Assembly: GCA_041753395.1 (NCBI GenBank)
Contig: JBGSUQ010000001.1
Location: 221,948-285,947 of the forward strand
Origin: Spirochaetota bacterium
Lineage (GTDB): Bacteria; Spirochaetota; UBA4802; UBA5550
Direction: 5' to 3'
Length of the DNA stretch: 64,000 nt
Shown here: positions 9,022-18,743 of the stretch, piece after piece
Position numbering within the stretch: position 1 is the first letter of the stretch
Layout of the letters: each line of letters begins with the position of its first letter
Position numbers and translations under genes: made by a program
Notes under the pieces: model-generated
Seen by the model: the letters and a program-made list of their open reading frames with translations, nothing else
The model's database searches: none
Told to the model about the DNA's origin: nothing

Positions 9022-10035
9022 TCATGGCGCACCCAGTTGTTTAAATGGTAAATACCTGAATTCATCCGTCAATAAAAAATTGATGGGATGGCAGCCGCAG
9101 GTCTGCTTTGCCTGGCGCGTGGTAATTGAGCATGATACAAAGGACACATCGGGATCTTTAAAGGCGTAATTCATGCAAGCGTTCATCTGGCCGTAAAAAA
9201 TTCCTGACCGTATATACTCATCTGCGATTATATGCTGGCACATCACCAGCGTATTGCCCCTTTTCAGGTAGGTGGCAATCGCCACCGCCCTTCCCTCTTT
9301 TGAATACACATGCATGCGTACGGGGAGAAACAGAATTATAAAGTAATCCCTCATTACCAGATAGTGTCCGAAGATAAAGGCGAATCCGCGGTTTTTCCTG
9401 AAATTAGATTTACAGATAAGAATTAAGTATTTAAACGAAAAGAGCGTTTTGAAAAAAACCTTGTGGTCCGGTATTACCTCTTCAGTGATGCCGCACGAGC
9501 GATAGGTCTTCAGCTTTTTCTTGAACCTCCACCGGACCCTCGAATCGCGGTAGGAGGAGAGGAAATCAGCATGGTCCCTGTATTTCGTGGTGTCCAATCC
9601 ATACCAGTGATCATCATAAGTATTGAAGCAGGACAGCCATAAACCTATATAGATGTAATACAGTTTATAGATGACGTAATGCGCCGGTGATACCGCACTG
9701 TTTTTCAGGTCCCAGATCCGCCCGACAACAGAGGCATTTGATAGTGACAGCAGCAGCATCATATATAATGGGGTATACAGTAGTAATTTTAATACCAGCA
9801 AAAGGAAGAACCCAATGTATCCGGCGGGTATGATGAAAAAAACAGTCGCCAGACCCATCATGAAATGCAATGGCTTTTTGGCGTGGGGATAGAGCTGCAT
9901 CATGGTCAGGTCAGTTTCTACAGTGACATTCATGGCTTTACTCACATGTATCTCATTCAACTGCCTGCAGTCATTAACATCATCACGGCATGTATCATCG
10001 GCGGCAACCAGGGTATTGTTATATCTAGAAGTCAA
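9022..10035 (-). CDS. Hypothetical membrane protein (uncertain gene)
   Basis: A 337-aa ORF with hydrophobic helices (LATVFFIIPAGYIGFFLLLVLKLLLY) and unusual Tyr/Phe/Cys-rich composition. No competing ORF exists, and it overlaps the upstream gene stop by 11 nt. The call is weak. Confidence 0.3.
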   Translation of the reverse strand: MTSRYNNTLVAADDTCRDDVNDCRQLNEIHVSKAMNVTVETDLTMMQLYPHAKKPLHFMMGLATVFFIIPAGYIGFFLLLVLKLLLYTPLYMMLLLSLSNASVVGRIWDLKNSAVSPAHYVIYKLYYIYIGLWLSCFNTYDDHWYGLDTTKYRDHADFLSSYRDSRVRWRFKKKLKTYRSCGITEEVIPDHKVFFKTLFSFKYLILICKSNFRKNRGFAFIFGHYLVMRDYFIILFLPVRMHVYSKEGRAVAIATYLKRGNTLVMCQHIIADEYIRSGIFYGQMNACMNYAFKDPDVSFVSCSITTRQAKQTCGCHPINFLLTDEFRYLPFKQLGAP

Positions 10036-10597
10036 GTTCCTTCTTCACCGGTTTCCGGTTCATCTCTTTATCGTACAGTTCCTTTTGCTTCTGCAGAAGA
10101 GTGTCGGTATACTGCACGTCAAACTTGTCCCATGATGAGATGTTATGAAAAAATATTTCATAACGGCCGTTGTCCGGATACCAGTGGGCTATAAGGTCCA
10201 GGGTGTTGGTTATCTTCCGTTTGGCCGGTGCGCCATATTTTTCCTCAATGACCTTCACCACCTCGTCAGGGGCCGGGTTCCCCGGTATCTTCCGTATTTT
10301 GACATTGATTTTATAAAGGATTGATTTATGGTCAAAAATCAATTCTATGAGAAGCACCGCTTTATCGACTGCCGTTTTTTTCAGGACCAGGGCATTGTCT
10401 CCCTCATTGATGACCTTGTATTCGCCCTCGAAATTGCTTTTAATAATCTCCCTGATCTTGTCGCGGCTGTCCCCCAGCATCAGCTTGCGGTAACCGACCT
10501 CGCTTATTCCGGCAGATCCCGCCAGCGGAAAACATATGCTTCCGGCCATGAAAAGACCGATAAAAATGTAAAGAAATGACGCTGTATGCTTTTTCAT
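10025..10597 (-). CDS. Secreted hypothetical protein
   Basis: 190 aa with a signal peptide (FIGLFMAGSICFPLAGSAG). A GAGGGGG SD lies 6 nt upstream. Confidence 0.55.
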   Translation of the reverse strand: MKKHTASFLYIFIGLFMAGSICFPLAGSAGISEVGYRKLMLGDSRDKIREIIKSNFEGEYKVINEGDNALVLKKTAVDKAVLLIELIFDHKSILYKINVKIRKIPGNPAPDEVVKVIEEKYGAPAKRKITNTLDLIAHWYPDNGRYEIFFHNISSWDKFDVQYTDTLLQKQKELYDKEMNRKPVKKELDF

Positions 10598-10858
10598 AAT
10601 ACCCCCTCACACATTTTCTTTTTTCTGTATAATCAAAAATTTGATTACATTGTAAAAAATGCAATCATTTTTAATGGGCAGATGGCATATCACACGCTAT
10701 TAAGGGTCTATCCCCGTAGACTTGACATGCGTCAGAAAAAAGAGCTGAGATGCCGAGTATGTCTTAACATTCAAAAAATTAAACTCAGTTACGCAGGCAT
10801 CGAATCTTTTTTCTGACGCATCATAATATGACTGCAGTATTCTGTCTTTCAATAACAG

Positions 10859-11632
10859 CTATGCAAATCCTTTACAAAATGAATCAACATTTTTCCCGAT
10901 AACTTCGTGATTGTAGCCCCCCTCAAGGAGGGCGTACCTCCGGCCTCCGCAGAGCTTCTCCGAGTAATCCTTCATGAGGCTGCCCAGCTCGGTATAGTCT
11001 TCCGGGTAAAGGAGATTTCCCCAGTCGTCAATTCCCTGGTCGAAGCCCGCCGCTGCCACGAAGATATCGATGTTCTTGAGATCATCCATGTACGCTTTCA
11101 CTTCTTGCAAGTATTCGCCCCGCTCATGGGCCATCGGGTTGAGGATCGAAACTTTGAAGCCGTCCCTTCTGTTTTCTAAAATATTTATATTGCCGTCGCC
11201 GGTGTGAAGATCGAAATCGAGCACGAAAGCTGACTTGATCTTCCCCTCGGCCCACAGGTGCAGCAGGCTGACGCTGATATTATTGAAATAGCAGAAGCCC
11301 CAGCAGGAATCGGCAGAAGCATGGTGTCCCGGCGGCCGTATCACCGCGAAGGACGGGTGTCCGGCATAAGCCCGCTCAGCGGCCAATATCGCCCCGCCAG
11401 CGGCCAGGGTGGCCAGTTCGTACAGCAGGTGATTGCTTTTAATACTCTGGAAGTGGGAACCTCCATGGGCCCGCAGGATATCCTCTGCGGCGGCCGGTTC
11501 CGGCCTTATGATCTCATACCGGTCTCTGTTGCCGGAAATGATTTCCATTATGCCGTCAAGGCGGCCCTGCGCAGCCGCGGGATCGCCGGCGTAATCGGAA
11601 TTATAATACTTTTCATGGAAGATGATTTTCAT
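10859..11632 (-). CDS. Histone deacetylase (HDAC)-fold amidohydrolase, compact form
   Basis: VIRPPGHHA, GFCYFNN and DFDLHTGDGN are canonical HDAC/AcuC-family motifs. The start is set at MKIIF (ATG 11632) with a GAGAGGTGA SD. The ORF-track start at 11665 is probably too far upstream. Confidence 0.75.
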   Translation of the reverse strand: MKIIFHEKYYNSDYAGDPAAAQGRLDGIMEIISGNRDRYEIIRPEPAAAEDILRAHGGSHFQSIKSNHLLYELATLAAGGAILAAERAYAGHPSFAVIRPPGHHASADSCWGFCYFNNISVSLLHLWAEGKIKSAFVLDFDLHTGDGNINILENRRDGFKVSILNPMAHERGEYLQEVKAYMDDLKNIDIFVAAAGFDQGIDDWGNLLYPEDYTELGSLMKDYSEKLCGGRRYALLEGGYNHEVIGKNVDSFCKGFA

Positions 11633-11661
11633 GGCTTCACCTCTCATCAGGCAAACGTGCC

Positions 11662-13069
11662 TCAATTTTTCGGGATCTGCGACTCTTCCGCCTCGTTACA
11701 TTCCTTTTCTTCGACATCATCATCAAGGTCATCCTCGAATTCTATCATATCCGCAGCGTCAGCAGCGGGGAGTTCTTCGACTTTCTTCAGTTTTTTCTCT
11801 ATGGTGCGGGACTTCTTCGAAGCATCGCCGATGGTATTGCCGGCCTCATCTATTTTTTTCTTTGCCTTTTCAAGCAGCACGCCGAACCTGCCGAATTCCG
11901 TCTTGATGGCGCCCAGGAGCTTCCACACCTCGCTGGACCGCTTTTCAATCGCCAGGGTGCGAAAGCCCATCTGGAGGCTGTTCAGCAGGGCCGCCAGCGT
12001 TGTCGGGCCGGCAACCACGACGCGGCATTCCCTCTGTAAATATTCGCAGAGGCCGGCCCTACGGATGATCTCCGCGTAGAGCCCTTCCGTGGGCAGGTAC
12101 ATGATGGCGAAATCGGTCGTATCCGGAGGGTCGATATACTTTTCCCGTATGGTCTTCGCTTCATTCTTTATCACAGCTTCCAGCCGCTTCGTCGCATCTT
12201 CCGCAAGGGCTGGGTTGGCCTTTTCCTGCGCCTCGACCAGGCGCTGGTAGTCCTCCTGGGGAAATTTAGCATCGATGGGGAGCCATATCGTATCGTCCCG
12301 GTCCCCGGTCCTTCCCGGCAGCCTTATGGCGAACTCGACCCTGTCGGCGCTCCGCTTCTTAGTAGCCACGTTTTCAGCGTACTGCTCCGGCGCCAGGACC
12401 TGTTCCAGCAGGATGCCCAGCTGGACCTCGCCCCAGATCCCCCGCGGCTTGACCCTCGTGAGGACGTTTTTCAGATCTCCCACGCTTGCCGCAAGGGTCT
12501 GCATCTCACCCAGGCCCTTGTGGACCATCTCGAGACGCTCGCTCACGAGCTTGAAGGATTCACCGAGTCTCTTTTCCAGCGTGGACTGGAGCTTTTCGTC
12601 AACGGTAACCCGTATCTGGTCGAGTTTCTTCGAGTTCTCATCTTGAAGATGCTTGATGCGCTCCTCGATTGTCCGCCGCATCCCTTCCATTTTCTTGTCA
12701 TTCGTTTCGGTAAGATTGACCAGCTGCTTTGAGAAGGAATCAAGCATATCCCGGTTGTTCCCAAAGGCATCGGCCATCCGCTTGACGAGGGTATCGCTGA
12801 ACGTTCTAAATGAGTTCATCAGCTCCTCCCTGGCTTCCTTCGAGCTTTTTCCCGATTCAAGCCTGTTCTGGGAAACCTCGTTCTTGATGGATGTCTCGGT
12901 CCCCTTGATTATCTTCTCGAAATATTCCAGGGCGGACTGGAACTGGCCCAGCAGGTTCTCGTTGCTCGCCTTTGAAGCCTTGTACGACAGATAAGTATTG
13001 ATCAGGAGCAGGAAAAGAACCGCCGCTGTCAGGATTAGTAGAATCGTCACGACATTCATTAAGGATCCT
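11662..13069 (-). CDS. rmuC: DNA recombination protein RmuC
   Basis: An N-terminal TM helix, a long coiled coil, and a C-terminal RmuC domain (FAIMYLPTEGLYAEIIRR...VVVAGPTTL). The start is MNVVT at 13069 with a GGAGGA SD 7 nt upstream. Confidence 0.85.
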
Positions 13070-13374
13070 CCAGGATGGTATAAATGTATACGAATATCTG
13101 TATGATAATAATTCAATAAAAATATGATATGCTGATAAAATTTACCTGTTCGCCTAAACAAAAAAAGCACTATTGTGCACTATAGCACAGGTCCCATGAC
13201 AAATAGCGTCATAGTCAGAATTTAATGATAAACTGCCCTGAAAAAATTCATGTGTAGTTTTACTCTGAAATATCTATAAGAAAATAATACTTGATTTTTA
13301 TAATAATTCCAGCAGATACCAACACATTCAAGGATCTCTTTATCAAAGAACCATCTTTAAAAAAGGAGGCCACC

Positions 13375-14070
13375 ATGCCAGCATATTTCGAGTTATATAA
13401 GGATAATAAGGGTGAATACCGGTTCCGACTGAAAGCCACGAACGGAGAAGTCATAGCCGTAAGCGAAGGATACTCGTCTAAGCAGAACTGCCTTAACGGT
13501 ATAGATTCGGTAAAGTTTCACGCCTCGACCGCGACAATCGTTGAATTTAATCCGGACAAGGATCTCCTGAAAGCCTGCGACGACGGCAATCTTGAAGGGG
13601 CGAAAAAGGCCCTTGCCCAGGGAGCCAATCCCAACGCTGTTGATTCCGAGGGAGAGCCGGCACTGGTGGAGGCCGCGGAATCGGGCAACCTGGACCTGGT
13701 CAAACTGATGATAAAGAACAAGGCCAATGTCAATCTGGCCGATCTACATGGCGAGACACCCCTCCACGAAGCCAGCGAGGAAGGGCATGACGCTGTCGTT
13801 CATCTGCTTATTAAGGCCGGAGCCAAACTGGATGCGAAGGACAACAATGGGAATACCCCCCTGCTCAAGGCGCTGCTGCACAACAAGATAAAGGCGGCCC
13901 TTGTCCTTGTCAGGGCCGGGGCTAAACTGAACCTGATAAATAATGATGGCATAAACCCGCAGCTGCTGGCCAGGGATAAAGGGATTGATCTGGCGGTGAA
14001 AAGCGCTCCCGCAAAAAAAGCGGTAAAAAATATTGCAAAGAAAGCGGTAAAGAAAAAAAAGAAAAAATGA
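13375..14070 (+). CDS. YegP/DUF1508 domain - ankyrin repeat fusion protein with a poly-lysine C-terminal tail
   Basis: The start is at MPAYFELYKDNKGEYRFRLKATNGEVIAVSEGY (DUF1508 / UPF0339 signature), with an AGGAGG SD. About four ankyrin repeats follow (GETPLHEASEEGHDAVVHLLIKAGAKLDAKDNNGNTPLLKA). The tail is AKKAVKNIAKKAVKKKKKK. Confidence 0.75.
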   Translation: MPAYFELYKDNKGEYRFRLKATNGEVIAVSEGYSSKQNCLNGIDSVKFHASTATIVEFNPDKDLLKACDDGNLEGAKKALAQGANPNAVDSEGEPALVEAAESGNLDLVKLMIKNKANVNLADLHGETPLHEASEEGHDAVVHLLIKAGAKLDAKDNNGNTPLLKALLHNKIKAALVLVRAGAKLNLINNDGINPQLLARDKGIDLAVKSAPAKKAVKNIAKKAVKKKKKK

Positions 14071-14651
14071 GCAGCCCCTTTGCGGTCAATCCGGGAAGAA
14101 TCATTAAAATTTTAATCGGTGAAATTGAAGCAGTCTTTTCAGAACTGGAGACCTGGTTCTCGAAAAAAGGACTGGTGCGTACGTGTCGTCTCCCCACAGA
14201 AGAGTGGACCATAGACCAGGCACTGGAGCACATATCCCTGGTCAATCATTACCTCCTTATTCTCATCGACAAGGGGGCCCGAAAAGCCCTCAAGAAGTCT
14301 GACCCTGTGAAGATTATTCAAGAGCTGGAACATTACGAATTGACCACTCCCCTCCTGGAAGATATCGGCATCAACAATTCCTTTGAGTGGAAAAGTCCCC
14401 GCCACATGGTGCCCACCGGGACGCCCTCCCCCGACCAGATACACGATGATCTGTTAAAACAGAAATCCAGGCTGATGAACTGTCTTTTGATGCTGAAAAA
14501 CGGCGAAGGCGTGTTATATAAAACCACCATGTCGGTCCACTCCCTGGGAAAGCTTGATGTTTACCAGTACATCTATTTCTTGTTGAAGCACATGAGGCGG
14601 CATATACAGCAGATGGAAGGGATAGAGAAAGAATATAATGAACGCCAATAG
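14067..14651 (+). CDS. Hypothetical protein, DinB/YfiT-like four-helix bundle candidate
   Basis: 194 aa. An ATGA overlap with the upstream gene suggests translational coupling. WTIDQALEHISLVNHYLL resembles the DinB_2 signature. The assignment is tentative. Confidence 0.45.
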   Translation: MSSPFAVNPGRIIKILIGEIEAVFSELETWFSKKGLVRTCRLPTEEWTIDQALEHISLVNHYLLILIDKGARKALKKSDPVKIIQELEHYELTTPLLEDIGINNSFEWKSPRHMVPTGTPSPDQIHDDLLKQKSRLMNCLLMLKNGEGVLYKTTMSVHSLGKLDVYQYIYFLLKHMRRHIQQMEGIEKEYNERQ

Positions 14652-14658
14652 TGGATAT

Positions 14659-14799
14659 TCTCGCAGAGACGCAGAGGCGCAGAGAAAAAAAAGAGAATTA
14701 AATCATTACGTTTTAAAACGATTTCCCCAATATATATAAAATTTTATATTATCATGAGCAAACCAATAAAAAACTCTGCGGCTCAGCGACTCTGCGAGA
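14659..14799. repeat. MITE-like element, family A copy 1: imperfect ~26 bp terminal inverted repeats (tctcgcagagacgcagaggcgcagag ... ctctgcggctcagcgactctgcgaga) around an AT-rich core
   Basis: Read directly from the sequence, at a convergent gene junction. A second copy lies at 32035..32158. Confidence 0.6.
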
Positions 14800-14804
14800 A
14801 ATCT

Positions 14805-16166
14805 TCATTGCATATGCCTGGCGACATATGTTCGGATTCCCTTATAATAGGCCGCCGCAACTGTTTTAACCCGTTCCGGCACTATACCTTCACTTATCAC
14901 TACCAGCTCGCGCGCTTCGCGTAAATTATTCTGCTGGAGGGGCTCCCCCAGGCAGAGGGTGCCGCGCACCAGCCGGGTCATACGAAAATTGCGGGCATAG
15001 ACACCCTTCCGGCAGAAGCTGACTTTCTTACCGCCGGGCAGCGGCATATCAGCCGGCGGCAGATCAAGCATCTTCCTGAAGTTCTCAATAACATAAAACG
15101 AATACCTGATTGAGTTCTTCAGATCCGGCGAAATAACGAGGCGCAGAAACTCGACGCGAGACTCCATGTTGTCAAGCTCGCCGCGGACAAAGCAGCCCGG
15201 CACGAAAACCGTGGAGAAGTCCCGGTCAGTTTCCGCGATGGACTGCATGACCTCCCGGTAATCCGTCATCATGGCCCCGCGGGAGCCATAGTTTTTTGTT
15301 AGTATTTCCAGGACCCGTCCGTACTTCTCGCGGTATCCGCCGTACGCACCGCTCGCATCGTAGTGTACAAGCACCGTTATGTCAGGATGGAAGGCATTTA
15401 TGAGCTTCGCCCGGTACGGCATGTCATATTCGCTGTTGAAAAATTTGTGGCGCCGCTTATCGCCGGCATACGAAAGGAGCATGGCCGCCTCGCTGTCGGT
15501 GATGAATTTCTCGCGCCGTTTTTCCAGCACCGAGCGCCGGAAATTTCGCGGCGCCCAGTTGTCGAAGGGGACCGGATACACCTGCCGATTGGCATTTCTG
15601 GTGAGCATAACCATGGCGCCGTCTTTTTCAAGCAGGTCCTTCAGGGTCATGGCCGTGGCCAGGTTGAGCCGCGATTCATGGAACTTGAGGCGCCGTCCGT
15701 CCTTGTCGAAAATCCACATGTACTTGCTCTCGCGGATAGCCTCATCCATGGACCCAGCGCTATGGCCAGGGTCAATGGCGACGCGCAGGCCCTCAAGAGG
15801 CAGTGGGGTTCCCGGTTTATAGCGGAACCTGTTTTCCTCCATGGCCCTGATGCTGTCGGCAAATTCAGCGGTAAATGGCGCCGCCCCCTTGGACCGGTAT
15901 GCTTCCCGTATCTCGGCATCATCAAGGACCCGGAATATTTTGATAAAAACATCATATTCGTTTTTATAGACCCTGCATTCTATCTTACCTGACTGCTTGT
16001 CTTCCGGCGACGCGTACATGGTCACCGAATCAGATTCGATAGAATAATAGCCCTTAAGGGAATCATCACCGACGAGAAGGTTAACACGGTTCTTCATCGT
16101 ATCGCAACCGCTTGCGAAGAACAGCGTCAATGTGAATAATAGCAACCTATGGTTTTTTATGTGCAT
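14805..16166 (-). CDS. Lipoprotein, N-acetylmuramoyl-L-alanine amidase (Amidase_3)-like
   Basis: 453 aa. Lipobox FFASGC. VAIDPGHSAGSMDEAIRESKY...LNLATAMTLKDLLEKDGAMVMLTR resembles the Amidase_3 catalytic segment. A GGGGTG SD precedes it. Confidence 0.5.
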   Translation of the reverse strand: MHIKNHRLLLFTLTLFFASGCDTMKNRVNLLVGDDSLKGYYSIESDSVTMYASPEDKQSGKIECRVYKNEYDVFIKIFRVLDDAEIREAYRSKGAAPFTAEFADSIRAMEENRFRYKPGTPLPLEGLRVAIDPGHSAGSMDEAIRESKYMWIFDKDGRRLKFHESRLNLATAMTLKDLLEKDGAMVMLTRNANRQVYPVPFDNWAPRNFRRSVLEKRREKFITDSEAAMLLSYAGDKRRHKFFNSEYDMPYRAKLINAFHPDITVLVHYDASGAYGGYREKYGRVLEILTKNYGSRGAMMTDYREVMQSIAETDRDFSTVFVPGCFVRGELDNMESRVEFLRLVISPDLKNSIRYSFYVIENFRKMLDLPPADMPLPGGKKVSFCRKGVYARNFRMTRLVRGTLCLGEPLQQNNLREARELVVISEGIVPERVKTVAAAYYKGIRTYVARHMQ

Positions 16167-16219
16167 TATAGCACCCCATTTCCATTCATATTATAATACT
16201 ACTGTTGCATAACTAATAG

Positions 16220-16325
16220 ACTTGTTGCGAAACTGCGTCTCGCGCTCGCAGGGAAGCCCCTGCGGGGGGCTTTTAAGGGGCTTAGCCTCTTAACCCCGAC
16301 AAAAAGAAATAGATACGCAACAAGT
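16220..16325. repeat. Small structured repeat, family C copy 1: core ttttaaggggcttagcctcttaacccc flanked by a 10-bp inverted repeat (acttgttgcg / cgcaacaagt)
   Basis: The core is nearly identical to 62832-62858 (ttttaaggggcttcgccccttaacccc). A GC hairpin (gcccctgcggggggc) is adjacent. It lies in a divergent intergenic region. Confidence 0.55.
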
Positions 16326-16535
16326 TTAATGATAATTTCATATGATCCCGCCGCTTTCGGCTACGGTGGTGCATATCATTTATTATTGAGTAATGTATTA
16401 ATGCTTACCACTTTTTTTAAATTACTTTTTTGCAATACTGACAAAATCTTCTTGATTTAATTATAAAACATGATCATATTTTAATAACGGTCTGCCTGTT
16501 GAGGCTGTAATCATCCATAATTGGAGAACTCTATA

Positions 16536-16754
16536 ATGGAAAAAATATGGAATGTTATTTTACCGAATTTAATAGGCTTTTGCCTGATGATTGCTGGCTG
16601 GTATCTCAGCATCGTCGATGTCGGTGTGAGGACCCGCATTACAACGTACAAGGAAATCGAATATATTACTTTCCTGACCATCATAGGACTGGCAATGATC
16701 CTGATAGGGGCCTATCTCCCCCGCCTATGGCGCAAAATCCGCGGGAATAAATAG
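16536..16754 (+). CDS. Small two-TM membrane protein
   Basis: 72 aa from ATG 16536 (MEKIWNVILPNLIGFCLMIAGWYL...), with a GGAGAA SD 8 nt upstream. The ORF track starts at TTG 16521. Confidence 0.4.
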   Translation: MEKIWNVILPNLIGFCLMIAGWYLSIVDVGVRTRITTYKEIEYITFLTIIGLAMILIGAYLPRLWRKIRGNK

Positions 16755-17070
16755 CTGCTCACTATTTCTCATTATCTACTATATTAAAATCCGCACTCAT
16801 GCAGGTTCTTACCGGAATGATCAAGGGTTTGCCCAGGGAAGATATTCGTTTGATTATGCAATAACATTATTAATGGGAAAATTATTCCATGTGAATATGT
16901 TTTTTGTACACAATCGACAAATATTCGTAGATTGAAACAAATCATAGATAAATAATCACACCGATAGCAATCAGTAATAAATTTTACTCTGACCCCTCAC
17001 AATTTAATCTTTATGATTATTCTATAAATCTATACAAAATCATGATTTACTGCATCTTTCAACTGGCCAG

Positions 17071-17115
17071 AAACAGATTAATCTGTTTTTGACCTGTCAA
17101 AAAACTGACTGGTCA
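17071..17115. promoter_or_regulatory. Operator-like palindromes in the AT-rich leader of the island: an 18-bp perfect palindrome (AAACAGATTAATCTGTTT) followed by two TGACnnGTCA palindromes (TGACCTGTCA-N6-TGACTGGTCA)
   Basis: Read directly from the sequence. They sit inside a 620 bp, roughly 30% GC, ORF-free region (16755-17379) upstream of the PaaK-like gene. A TTGATA-N17-TATTAC candidate promoter lies at 17273-17301. Confidence 0.45.
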
Positions 17116-17379
17116 GTATCCAACTTTATAGCATTTTTTTAAAATTTGGACAATTTTTGATATATCAGACTATGGCGAGACAATAAGAAATTATTAAGAT
17201 ATATATTCATTTAAAGAATCCAAACCACTTTATTCAAAGATAATTAACAATTACATAATGTTTTTCAAGAACTTGATAATGTTTATTTGTAAAAATATTA
17301 CTACCGACCGGACGGTTTACTGTTTTAATTTATTAATAATTAAAACACATAAGAATCTTCATGGCTATGGATACAAAAT

Positions 17380-18699
17380 ATGATCAGATTTTTATTATAT
17401 CTGTCAATTGCGGTCATACAAGTTCACCTGAATAATCTCATGTCAGGGGCAGCGCTACGCAAGCGCACTGAACAGAGAATTATCCGCATGATCCGGAAAG
17501 CGTACAAGAATGTGCCCTACTACAAGCAGCTGTATGATGATTGGGGGGTTAAGATAGACGAAATAAGGACACTAGATGATTTAAAAAAACTGCCCTTTAT
17601 AACCAAGGACGAAATCCGCGAGCATTTCCCCGCGGACATTGTATCATCAAAATACAACGTTGAGGATTGCCATTATTCAGCCACGACCGGATCCACCGGC
17701 AGGTCGCTCCCCTTTGTTTTCAACAATTCCGCCTATGCTTTTTATATAGCAACCGGTATGCGCATGTATACCATGATCGGTTACCGGCCATGGCACAAGA
17801 TGGTATACATCAAGTACACAGCTATCAGTTATCCGCGTATCGGTCCATTTTTCAGAACCGAGCACATACCATCCACCATCCCTGCCGCTGAACAGATAGC
17901 CAAGCTGCGGAGTATGAAACCCGATCTGCTCCTCGGTTACGCGTCCATTATTTTCGAAATCGCACAGAAAGCGACCTCTGACGACCTGAAGCATATCAGG
18001 CCGAAATTCATCGGCATCAACTCTGAGCTCTCAACAAAGGACCAGCGCGAATTCATATCATCGGTTTTCGGGTGCCCGGTATATGACGAATACTCAACCG
18101 AGGAAACCTGGATGATAGCTTCCCAGTGCAAGCACGGGAACTACCATCTGTTCATCGACAACGTTTGGGTCGAATTTCTCGATAAGAGCGGGAACAGCGT
18201 GAAGCCTGGTCAAGAAGGAGAAATCGTTCTAACAACATCGCGGAGTGATGCAATGCCCTTTATCCGTTACCGTATCGGCGATATCGGACGCTATAGCAAC
18301 ACAACGTGCGCCTGCGGTCTCGGCTATCCACTGCTCGAGGCCTTTGACGGAAGGGCCGATGATTCCTTCATACTGCCCAGCGGCAAATACATTTCATCCC
18401 TGAAAATTTTAAACACCTTCACCAGGTATATTAAGAAATACCTCCATCTGATGGAAGAATTCAAAATTATCCAGAAAGACAGAGGATATGTCGTCATCGA
18501 GCTCGTCAAGGGTAGGGAATACAGCGACCGCCATTTCAAGGAGCTGACAGATAGCCTGCACGAGATATTCGGCGAACCCGTGACCATCAGCGTGGTACCC
18601 GTAGATCATATATCCTTGAACAACAGCATAAAACGCAAAGCCATTGAGTCCCGGGTGACCGTTAAAGACAAAGAACCGGCCCTTACATCAGCCATGTAA
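17380..18699 (+). CDS. Adenylate-forming enzyme, PaaK / CapK / coenzyme F390 synthetase family (ANL superfamily)
   Basis: 439 aa. The N-terminus (LRKRTEQRIIRMIRKAYKNVPYYKQLYDDWGV...LKKLPFITKDEIREHFP) matches the PaaK/F390-synthetase N-terminal domain. SATTGSTGRSLPF is the P-loop, YDEYSTEE resembles the A5 motif, and RYRIGD is the A8-like motif. An alternative start is at 17440. Confidence 0.7.
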   Translation: MIRFLLYLSIAVIQVHLNNLMSGAALRKRTEQRIIRMIRKAYKNVPYYKQLYDDWGVKIDEIRTLDDLKKLPFITKDEIREHFPADIVSSKYNVEDCHYSATTGSTGRSLPFVFNNSAYAFYIATGMRMYTMIGYRPWHKMVYIKYTAISYPRIGPFFRTEHIPSTIPAAEQIAKLRSMKPDLLLGYASIIFEIAQKATSDDLKHIRPKFIGINSELSTKDQREFISSVFGCPVYDEYSTEETWMIASQCKHGNYHLFIDNVWVEFLDKSGNSVKPGQEGEIVLTTSRSDAMPFIRYRIGDIGRYSNTTCACGLGYPLLEAFDGRADDSFILPSGKYISSLKILNTFTRYIKKYLHLMEEFKIIQKDRGYVVIELVKGREYSDRHFKELTDSLHEIFGEPVTISVVPVDHISLNNSIKRKAIESRVTVKDKEPALTSAM

Positions 18700-18743
18700 A
18701 GGCATATATCATTGATCCAAGTTAAACGGAGGACAGAAAAATA

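Noticed and set aside
9865-10194. Plus-strand ORFs 9865-10194 and 9902-10135
   Set aside because: They overlap the ends of two minus-strand ORFs and lack SD sequences and recognisable features. The minus-strand reading (9022-10035) is itself weak, so the locus is left as low-confidence hypothetical.
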